Source: Clostridiales bacterium UBA4821
GTDB taxonomy: Bacteria > Bacillota > Clostridia > Acetivibrionales > UBA4821
Assembly (NCBI GenBank): GCA_002402315.1
Contig: DHFP01000270.1
Span: forward strand, 1-57,604
Length of the DNA stretch: 57,604 nucleotides
Direction of reading: 5' to 3'
In this document: positions 49,763 to 56,588 of the stretch, piece after piece
Layout of the letters: every line of letters begins with the position of its first letter
Numbering within the stretch: the stretch's first letter is position 1
Notes under the pieces: model-generated
What the model saw: the letters and a program-made list of their open reading frames with translations, nothing else
Databases searched by the model: none
What the model was told of the DNA's origin: nothing
Program-made: the position numbers and the translations under genes

Positions 49763-50477
49763 AGGAAAAACCTCTTCGGTTTTTCCTGCCACCTTTTCCC
49801 GCTGGTTCCCTATGCTCCTTGATAAGAGCGTCTAGATTGTGCTCCATCCTTCCCGGGGTCGCAATCAATTGCCCTCCTTGGCAAGTGATTGCTAAATTCG
49901 ACGTCCTGTCGAATTTCCCCCTCCAGTCTTCCGCACAATCAAGACGCTCTATATCTCGTCACAACGGGAATATCCCGTAATTCCTTCGGAGTTACTAAAA
50001 AGCAACTTGGAAGATATACTGAATATCCCGTTATTCCGAGCATTAGAGATTCTTATATTTTATGGAGGAGTGAAGGGGGTAACTTGCCAAGGAGGGCAAG
50101 TTAAATGGCTATCAGACATGGAGGTCTGTTAGCCATGACCCCGGAAGGACGGAATAAAATATTAGAAGCTCTTAGCGAGGAATTCAGGGATTAAGCAGAG
50201 AGGATTCCAAAAGGAGTACGAAGGGTGCTCCTTTTGAAGGCTGCTTTGAATACAATTTAAGGAATACAGGATATGATTTGTAGTGTGCACCCTGCACAAT
50301 AGCTTCAAAATTTTTGTGCAACTTGCCAATAGATTTGACCTGTCCAAAGGGTGTATAATAAAAGTATATTAACATTTTTATATTATCACGAACACGCTTT
50401 TCGAGCACTCTCATGGCGAGATGTATGGATAGGAGATTTTTCTCTTACGAGTATATACTCGCTTTTTGCTTTTTTGG
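49763..50477 (+). ncRNA. candidate large structured non-coding RNA or leader, family unknown; strand tentative
   Basis: Locally GC-rich: by hand count 33 of 60 bases at 49801-49860 and 29 of 60 at 49861-49920 are G or C, in an AT-rich genome. Only stop-riddled or atypical ORFs. Helices: 49869-86/50082-99 (18 bp, perfect); 49848-60/50137-48 (12 bp plus a bulge); 49826-42/49933-49 (16 of 17); hairpins at 49763-85, 49894-916, 49964-78, 49984-50013, 50105-36 and 50208-36. Two G-U wobbles fit the plus strand only. Confidence 0.4.
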
Positions 50478-50537
50478 CTCAGGCGCTCGTGTTGAGGATA
50501 TATATTTATATATTATAAACTGAAAGGGGATAAAAAA

Positions 50538-50939
50538 TTGAAAAGGATTAAACCATGGGCGATTCTAACTCTAATTATTCTGGGTGCAGTTATTGGTGCT
50601 TTCGTTACTACTCAAGTCCAAGCTAAGCTAGAGCAAAAAAATCAAATTCAACAAAGAATCCAAACAATCCAGAGTGAGTTAGAAAAAGACCCTAATACGG
50701 TCGCTGTTGACGGCTGTATTATAGTCAGGAAGTTTGGGAGTTCTCTCCAGGCAAGCTATGACCAGCAGCTCTATACGCTGTTTGGTTATCCTGATGGAGA
50801 CCAGAATCCTCAACCTTTGATTAATGCATGCCGTAAGTGGGCCAAGACTAACAATTATCAAGCTGAATTTGATGGACCACCGCCAACAATGGCGTGCAAG
50901 AACCCCGTAGTGTATATGAAACTGTTACCTAAAAAGTAA
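50538..50939 (+). CDS. orphan membrane-anchored or exported protein, 133 aa
   Basis: TTG start with AAAGGGGA 8 nt upstream. N-terminal hydrophobic helix KPWAILTLIILGAVIGAFV, then a Gln-rich coil and a Cys-containing domain. No family recognised. Confidence 0.55.
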   Translation: MKRIKPWAILTLIILGAVIGAFVTTQVQAKLEQKNQIQQRIQTIQSELEKDPNTVAVDGCIIVRKFGSSLQASYDQQLYTLFGYPDGDQNPQPLINACRKWAKTNNYQAEFDGPPPTMACKNPVVYMKLLPKK

Positions 50940-50980
50940 TTACGTTCAAAATAAGGATATAAGAAAGAGAGGTCGTAAAA

Positions 50981-51151
50981 ATGGAAAAATTTTTAGGTCA
51001 AATTGCAAATTGGGCAGTACCCGCAGGTTTGTTTTTTACTATAGGAGTGTTTGTTGTACAACATGCTCCCAAAATAAATTTAGACTATCTTTACATACCT
51101 GCCATAATCGCTGGAGCAATTTGGTTCGGCGGTAAATACTACGGTAAGTAG
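50981..51151 (+). CDS. unlisted 56-aa two-TM peptide (below the ORF-track cutoff)
   Basis: ATG at 50981 behind AGAGAGG. Translation MEKFLGQIANWAVPAGLFFTIGVFVVQHAPKINLDYLYIPAIIAGAIWFGGKYYGK, stop at 51149-51151, with a terminator immediately after. Confidence 0.5.
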   Translation: MEKFLGQIANWAVPAGLFFTIGVFVVQHAPKINLDYLYIPAIIAGAIWFGGKYYGK

Positions 51152-51162
51152 TAGTGTTATTT

Positions 51163-51189
51163 TTACTCCCCTTCAAGGGAGTATTTTTT
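51163..51189 (+). terminator. rho-independent terminator of the two-gene plus-strand unit
   Basis: tactccc/gggagta stem, 6-nt loop, then ttttttt. Confidence 0.7.
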
Positions 51190-51193
51190 TGTT

Positions 51194-51221
51194 GAGTCAG
51201 TGGGCGCTGCCCCACTGACTC
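51194..51221. terminator. second GC-rich hairpin between convergent units
   Basis: 11-bp stem gagtcagtggg/cccactgactc with loop cgctgc, 5 nt from the stop of the minus-strand gene. The U-run is only moderate on the plus side. Confidence 0.4.
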
Positions 51222-51225
51222 TGTT

Positions 51226-51441
51226 CTATTTCACTATTTTCCCAACAATCTCTTCCTGGGAAGTTAACCTATTATCAATATGTAAAATATCACCCCAAAT
51301 ACCCTTTACATCCCTCTTGACTTCCTTGATATCAATCTCGACTTCCTTTATATCCTTTTTCAATTCCTTAACGTCAGTCTCAATAATATCTAACTTTGAT
51401 AATTTTTCAAGAACCAATTTTTGAAATTCTTCGCTGTTCAT
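51226..51441 (-). CDS. orphan 71-aa coiled-coil protein
   Basis: ATG at 51441 behind GGAGG with an 8-nt spacer. Heptad-like repeat sequence DVKELKKDIKEVEIDIKEVKRDVKG. The longer ORF-track start at 51531 lacks an RBS. Confidence 0.55.
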   Translation of the reverse strand: MNSEEFQKLVLEKLSKLDIIETDVKELKKDIKEVEIDIKEVKRDVKGIWGDILHIDNRLTSQEEIVGKIVK

Positions 51442-51811
51442 TTCTGCTACCTCCAAAATGAAACTATTTTTATTATACCCTATTTCTAATTTTAAACAAT
51501 AAGGTAAAATATAAAAAAATACCCACCACAAAGGGTGGAATCAAAAAAAATTTATCGGGATTGATATTAATAATACATCAATCTCATACTTTAATGTTAA
51601 TATCATCGTGAAATGCACTTTTTTGACACTGAACAGCAAGAAATATAATTTTCACATCAAAAAATATGTCGTTTGAAAGAAATCCAACATTTTTCATAGA
51701 ATATATATATAATAGTATATATACTTGTATGTTCTATTTCTATTACAGTTAAGAATTATTCAATTTAAACGATAAAATAAGTTTACATGCTGCAAGAAAG
51801 GAGTAAATGCC

Positions 51812-52117
51812 ATGAGGTATTTCTGCATAACAGAATTAGATAATAAAAAACATTTTTTTCTCTCTAACATTAAACCCGATAACAATAAAATTGAATCTTA
51901 TGAACTTCTGGCCGACATGTCCAAAATCCCTGACCTGCAAAAAAATATAGTTATAATAAATTCATCTGCTTTTGCACCCTCAACACACAATCTATTATTT
52001 GTTTACATGCTTCTTTCAGATTTGTGCGTTGAAGAAACTGCCAAAAAGTATTTCACTGAGAAAGCATCCACTTTAGCTATTGAGCACTTAGATTCTTCCA
52101 TAGGTAATAAAAACTAA
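51812..52117 (+). CDS. orphan 101-aa cytoplasmic protein
   Basis: AAAGGAG RBS 8 nt upstream; no recognised motif; a terminator follows. Confidence 0.5.
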   Translation: MRYFCITELDNKKHFFLSNIKPDNNKIESYELLADMSKIPDLQKNIVIINSSAFAPSTHNLLFVYMLLSDLCVEETAKKYFTEKASTLAIEHLDSSIGNKN

Positions 52118-52145
52118 GTCTTTAATGAACCTAAAGAATGGTTAA

Positions 52146-52170
52146 GAGGGGCTTTGCCCCTCCCTTTTAT
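52146..52170. terminator. bidirectional terminator (orphan gene / comM)
   Basis: gaggggc ttt gcccctc followed by ccttttat; overlaps the comM stop codon. Confidence 0.65.
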
Positions 52171-53702
52171 GTATTCCAGAACTTTCTGTCAAGACTCCTG
52201 TATTGTATAGCCTCGGCAATATGAGGCATCTGAATATTTTCACTCCCCTCAAGGTCGGCAATGGTTCTTGCTACTTTTAGTATCCTATTATGTGCCCTTG
52301 CACTCAAGCCCATCCTTTCAAAAGCATCTCTCAATATATTCTTCTCGCGTTCTCCTAATTTACAGAACATCGATATCTGAGAGGGCTGAAGCTGTGAATT
52401 AAAGAATATTTTCATGCCCTTGTATCTATCCAATTGAATCTTTCTTGCATTATTAACTCTATCCCTTATTACCGCAGAGCTGTCTGTACTGATACCGGAA
52501 TCAAGTTCGCGATATTTTACGGGCGATACCTCCATGTGGATATCAAATCTGTCCAGCAAGGGACCGGAAATCTTGCTAATGTATTGCTGTACCTGGCTTG
52601 GTGTGCATGTACAGTTCTTTGCCGGATCAAGTAAAAATCCGCACTTGCATGGATTCATGGAAGATATCAGCATGAACCGTGAAGGATAGGATAAGCTGGC
52701 ATTTATTCTTGATATTGTTACCATTCCATCCTCCAATGGCTGTCTCATTACCTCCAGTGCAACCTTTTGGAATTCGGTCAGTTCATCAAGAAATAGTACT
52801 CCAAAATGTGCCAAACTGATTTCTCCAGGCTTTGGTATCCGTCCCCCTCCTACCAGGGACACTGCAGATACAGTATGATGGGGTGAACGAAACGGTCTGG
52901 TTGTTATCAGTGAAGTCTTTGGAGGTAATACTCCTGCTATACTGTGTATTTTTGTAACTTCTAAAGCTTCATCAAATGTCATATCCGGAAGAATTGTCGG
53001 AAGTCTCCTTGCCATCATTGTCTTACCAGAGCCCGGTGATCCAATCATAAGACAATTGTGAGCTCCGGCCGCAGAAACCTCAAGTGCCCTCTTGATATTC
53101 TCCTGACCTTTTACATCCGCAAAATCAATATCATACTTGCAATTCGACTTAAATAAGCTGTCTATATCCACAAAATATGGCTGTATAGGATTATCTCCAT
53201 TCAAGTGGTTAACTATATCCAGAACATTTGAGCAAGGTAATACTTCTATGCCCTTTACCACTGCCGCTTCTTTGGCATTTTCAATTGAAATTACCAGCTT
53301 TTCCATTCCAGATTTGAAAGCGGATATTGCCATAGGGAGTACACCTTTTATTGGCTTAATCTTTCCATCTAAAGAGAGCTCCCCTAAAAATACGTACTTA
53401 TCCAAATCTTCAATAGGTATTTGGCCTGTAGCACTCAATATAGCTAATGCAATAGGAAGATCGTATGACGGGCCTTCCTTTTTAGTATTGGCCGGAGCTA
53501 AATTGGCAGTTATTCTTTTTACAGGAAATTCAAACCCGCTGTTCCTTATAGCTGCTCTTACCCTTTCTTTTGATTCCTTGACTGCAGTATCTGGCAGGCC
53601 TACAATATCAAAAGCAGGCAGTCCGGGTGAAATATCAATTTCAACTTCAACTATGTAGCCGTCTAATCCGATTAAACCAGCACTATTTATCTTGCCTAGC
53701 AT
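52167..53702 (-). CDS. comM: YifB/ComM family Mg-chelatase-like AAA+ protein
   Basis: Lon-like N-domain, Walker A GSPGSGKTMMARR, Walker B VLFLDEL, C-terminal Mg-chelatase subunit ChlI-like region. Confidence 0.9.
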   Translation of the reverse strand: MLGKINSAGLIGLDGYIVEVEIDISPGLPAFDIVGLPDTAVKESKERVRAAIRNSGFEFPVKRITANLAPANTKKEGPSYDLPIALAILSATGQIPIEDLDKYVFLGELSLDGKIKPIKGVLPMAISAFKSGMEKLVISIENAKEAAVVKGIEVLPCSNVLDIVNHLNGDNPIQPYFVDIDSLFKSNCKYDIDFADVKGQENIKRALEVSAAGAHNCLMIGSPGSGKTMMARRLPTILPDMTFDEALEVTKIHSIAGVLPPKTSLITTRPFRSPHHTVSAVSLVGGGRIPKPGEISLAHFGVLFLDELTEFQKVALEVMRQPLEDGMVTISRINASLSYPSRFMLISSMNPCKCGFLLDPAKNCTCTPSQVQQYISKISGPLLDRFDIHMEVSPVKYRELDSGISTDSSAVIRDRVNNARKIQLDRYKGMKIFFNSQLQPSQISMFCKLGEREKNILRDAFERMGLSARAHNRILKVARTIADLEGSENIQMPHIAEAIQYRSLDRKFWNT

Positions 53703-53722
53703 CAGTTCCTCCTTTTTTCATC

Positions 53723-53751
53723 AAAAAAAATGGGTAGTGATACTTCTACCC
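53723..53751 (-). terminator. possible terminator after nrdR, just upstream of the comM RBS
   Basis: gggtag/ctaccc 6-bp stem followed on the minus strand by atttttttt. Confidence 0.4.
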
Positions 53752-53960
53752 TAAAAGCAAATAAATTTTATACATATAAATGAAATCAACCAGTATTAAT
53801 GATAAACTACTTTTAAATACTAATGTTAATTAGTTGTTAAAATGCATATTTTAGCTCCTAAACAACAGCTTGTATGTCGTTTAGGCTGAATTTTTTGCTT
53901 TTCGGAAATCAAAAGAGATAATTTAGAAGTAATTGATATAGTTCATAAAAAGAATTAATC

Positions 53961-54428
53961 CTATAATCTATTCTTATTATCTTTTAACAACTTTTGGAGT
54001 TCGCAAATGAATGTGTTTATATCCTTAAACTGCCGATATACTGATGCAAACCTTACATATGCTATTTCATCAAGGTCCTTTAATCTGTCCATGACCATTT
54101 CTCCAAGCTGCTGGCTTGTTATTTCCCTCATTAAGGAATTACATACCTGAGACTCTATATCATCCACCAAAGCTTCGAGCTGTTCAATGGAAACAGGTCT
54201 CTTTTCACATGCTTTTAGAAGGCCGTTTATCAATTTTTCCCTATTAAAAGGTTCCATACTCTTGTCTTTTTTTATAACCATTAAAGGGACATTCTCTACC
54301 CTTTCATAGGTAGTGAATCTCCTCGAACAGCTCATACATTCCCTGCGTCTTCTAATCATGTTGCCTTCATCAGCCGGTCTTGAGTCAATTACCTTACTCT
54401 CATGAAAATTGCAGAAAGGACATCTCAT
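53961..54428 (-). CDS. nrdR: transcriptional repressor NrdR
   Basis: MRCPFC..C..C zinc ribbon plus an ATP-cone; 155 aa. Confidence 0.93.
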   Translation of the reverse strand: MRCPFCNFHESKVIDSRPADEGNMIRRRRECMSCSRRFTTYERVENVPLMVIKKDKSMEPFNREKLINGLLKACEKRPVSIEQLEALVDDIESQVCNSLMREITSQQLGEMVMDRLKDLDEIAYVRFASVYRQFKDINTFICELQKLLKDNKNRL

Positions 54429-54445
54429 ACTATGCCTCCATACAT

Positions 54446-54473
54446 TTGGCTATTGGCTGTTGGCCGTTAGCTA
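54446..54473. repeat. four tandem heptamers TTGGCTA TTGGCTG TTGGCCG TTAGCTA
   Basis: Read directly; lies 18-45 nt upstream of the nrdR start on the transcribed strand. Confidence 0.75.
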
Positions 54474-54523
54474 TAATACAATTTAAAATGTACAATTATT
54501 AATATTGTTTGTCTAATTTAATT

Positions 54524-54565
54524 CTAATTGCAAATTGTAAATTGTCAATTGTAAATTGTAAATTA
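54524..54565. repeat. six tandem heptamers CTAATTG CAAATTG TAAATTG TCAATTG TAAATTG TAAATTA
   Basis: Read directly; lies in the ylmC-nrdR spacer. Confidence 0.75.
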
Positions 54566-54616
54566 ATAGTCCAAATGAATAGAAAAATATTTAGATTCTT
54601 TAGAATTGATTATTCC

Positions 54617-54892
54617 TTAATATGACTTAAGTTCTCGATGACGCCTTCTACTATTTCCCTCTTCTAGTTCAACCAATATTGTATCTACACCAATCTTAGC
54701 TATGTTTTCCCAAGGGATAACAGTATCTTCTCCTCCTCCAAATAAACCAAAAAATCTTCCTGGTCCAGGCACAACTATAGCCTTGATAACTCCAGAGTCA
54801 AAGTCTATATCTACGTCACAGATGAATCCTAATCTCTTACCGTCAGATAGGTTAATGACCTCTTTCTGCCTAAAATCCATAGTTCTACCCAT
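54617..54892 (-). CDS. YlmC/YmxH family PRC-barrel sporulation protein
   Basis: KEVINLSDGKRLGFICDVDIDFDSGVIKAIVVPG; about 90 aa; located downstream of sigG as in other endospore formers. Confidence 0.8.
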   Translation of the reverse strand: MGRTMDFRQKEVINLSDGKRLGFICDVDIDFDSGVIKAIVVPGPGRFFGLFGGGEDTVIPWENIAKIGVDTILVELEEGNSRRRHRELKSY

Positions 54893-54912
54893 ACTTTATA
54901 TAACCCCCCTAT

Positions 54913-54940
54913 TTGGCTGCTGGCCTTTAGCTATTGGCTA
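54913..54940. repeat. four tandem heptamers TTGGCTG CTGGCCT TTAGCTA TTGGCTA, the same family as 54446-54473
   Basis: Read directly; lies between the sigG stop (54943) and the ylmC start (54892). Confidence 0.75.
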
Positions 54941-54942
54941 AA

Positions 54943-55716
54943 CTATATATATTTCCTCATATGAAGAAGCGCACTCTTTTCTAATCTTGAAACTTGCGCC
55001 TGAGAAATCCCTATTTCTTCTGCGACCTCCATCTGTGTCCTCCCATCAAAGAATCGCTTGGTAAGAATTAATTTTTCTCTCTCATTTAACTTGGTCATTG
55101 CTTCTTTGAGTGAAATCTCTTCAAGCCAGCTTTCATCATTGTTCTTATCATCACTAACCTGGTCCATTACAAATATTGCATCTCCTCCATCATGATATAC
55201 TGGTTCGAACAATGAAATAGGATCTTGAATTGCATCTAGAGCAAAAACGATTTCCTCTTTCTGTATGCCAAGTTCTTTAGCAATTTCTTCAATAGTAGGC
55301 TCCTTAGATTTCTGGTTTGTAAGCTTTTCCTTAGCCTGGAGAGCCTTATATGCAATATCCCGTAAGGATCTGCTTACTCTTATGGAGTTATTGTCTCTAA
55401 GATATCTTCTAATCTCTCCAATTATCATCGGAACTGCATAGGTCGAAAACTTTACATTCTGGCTGACATCAAAGTTGTCAATAGCCTTTATTAAACCTAT
55501 ACAACCTACCTGAAACAGGTCGTCAACATACTCTCCCCTATTATTAAATTTTTGTATTACACTTAATACTAAACGAAGGTTTCCTTTAATAAATTCTTCT
55601 CTGGCAGCGGTATCGCCCCGATGCATTCTTTCAAACAATTCTTTTTTTTGCTCGTTTGTTAATACTGGTAATTTAGATGTGTTAACTCCACAAATTTCAA
55701 CTTTGTTTAGAAGCAT
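54943..55716 (-). CDS. sigG: forespore sigma factor sigma-G
   Basis: NKVEICGVNTSKLPVL N-terminus and sigma-70 regions 2-4. ATG at 55716 behind GGAGGG. Confidence 0.9.
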   Translation of the reverse strand: MLLNKVEICGVNTSKLPVLTNEQKKELFERMHRGDTAAREEFIKGNLRLVLSVIQKFNNRGEYVDDLFQVGCIGLIKAIDNFDVSQNVKFSTYAVPMIIGEIRRYLRDNNSIRVSRSLRDIAYKALQAKEKLTNQKSKEPTIEEIAKELGIQKEEIVFALDAIQDPISLFEPVYHDGGDAIFVMDQVSDDKNNDESWLEEISLKEAMTKLNEREKLILTKRFFDGRTQMEVAEEIGISQAQVSRLEKSALLHMRKYI

Positions 55717-55776
55717 TCCAAACCCTCCAGACGATAACTTATATATCATTATCATTATTGCCCGAGGGTTAATTTG

Positions 55777-56505
55777 TTATACCATTCTACTGATTTCTTT
55801 TTTTAGCCTGCTTATTATTCTCTTTTCCAGTCTTGAAATATACGACTGTGAAATACCAAGCATGTCAGCAACTTCTTTCTGAGTCTTTTCAACACCACTT
55901 TTAAGACCAAACCTTAATTCTACTATTCTCTTTTCACGTAATGAGAGTTTCTTCATAGCGCTGTTTAGTAATTCCTTATCAATTTCATCCTCAATAGTAC
56001 GGTAAATTATATCATTATCTGTTCCTAAAATATCAGAAAGCAAGAGTTCATTTCCATCCCAGTCAACATTAAGAGGTTCATCAATAGAAACCTCTGTTTT
56101 AATTTTATTATTTCTTCTTAGATACATTAATATTTCATTTTCAATACACCTGGATGCATAAGTCGCTAATTTAATATTTTTATCAGGATTAAAAGTATTT
56201 ATTGATTTAATTAAGCCAATGGTTCCTATTGAAATAAGATCTTCAACGCTTATCCCCGTATTCTCAAATTTCCTTGCTATGTAAACAACTAACCTTAGGT
56301 TTCTTTCAATAAGAATAGACTTAACTGCCACTTCATTACTATTGAGCTTGGATATTAGGTAATTCTCTTCTTCAGTACTAAGGGGCGGAGGCAGTGCCTC
56401 ACTGCCCCCAATATAGTGAACCGGGAACCCCGGGAACAACCCAAGACGAATTAGTATTTTTGAATATAGGATTCTAAAAAACAACTTAACCTTATTTATA
56501 AACAC
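55777..56505 (-). CDS. sigE: mother-cell pro-sigma-E
   Basis: Pro-sequence followed by [16 protein letters not shown] at 56505 behind GAAGGGGGA is preferred; the ATG at 56526 is an alternative. Confidence 0.9.
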   Translation of the reverse strand: MFINKVKLFFRILYSKILIRLGLFPGFPVHYIGGSEALPPPLSTEEENYLISKLNSNEVAVKSILIERNLRLVVYIARKFENTGISVEDLISIGTIGLIKSINTFNPDKNIKLATYASRCIENEILMYLRRNNKIKTEVSIDEPLNVDWDGNELLLSDILGTDNDIIYRTIEDEIDKELLNSAMKKLSLREKRIVELRFGLKSGVEKTQKEVADMLGISQSYISRLEKRIISRLKKEISRMV

Positions 56506-56530
56506 ATCATTTCCCCCTTCAATCATTTTT

Positions 56531-56566
56531 AGTCCTGAGTCCTAAAGTCCTGAGTGCTGAGTTAAA
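56531..56566. repeat. five tandem 7-8-nt units AGTCCTG AGTCCTA AAGTCCTG AGTGCTG AGTTAAA, plus an inverted copy at 56575-56584
   Basis: Read directly; lies in the spoIIGA-sigE spacer. actcaggact at 56575-84 can pair with either 56531-40 or 56546-55. Confidence 0.75.
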
Positions 56567-56588
56567 AATCTTTTACTCAGGACTGATT

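Noticed and set aside
49889-50414. ORFs 49889-50104 (+), 50162-50347 (-) and 50184-50414 (-) inside the GC-rich block
   Set aside because: They have no Shine-Dalgarno sequence, non-ATG or poorly placed starts, and Ser/Arg/Pro-rich products unlike local proteins. They coincide with the long helices. A decayed pseudogene cannot be fully excluded without blastx.
49763-50477. Known RNA families for the structured block (RNase P, tmRNA, 6S, T-box, cobalamin/SAM/TPP/lysine riboswitches, group II intron domain V, type III antitoxin repeats, retron msr-msd)
   Set aside because: I could not find the signature strings I remember (for example GAGGAAAGUCC, the T-box GGUGGUACC core, the B12-box GCCACUG, the CUGAGA of TPP, or a 34-nt domain V hairpin with an AGC triad). 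There is only one 17-nt direct repeat pair rather than a tandem array, and no reverse transcriptase gene is nearby. This is a memory-based exclusion, not a search.
50492-50519. TTGAGG, a 16-nt spacer, TATAAA as a promoter for the 133-aa gene
   Set aside because: The implied start site would fall inside the RBS (50523-50530), leaving no leader, and the region is extremely AT-rich, so hexamer matches are cheap. Likewise TTGACC (50335-40) and TATAAT (50354-59) are only 13 nt apart.
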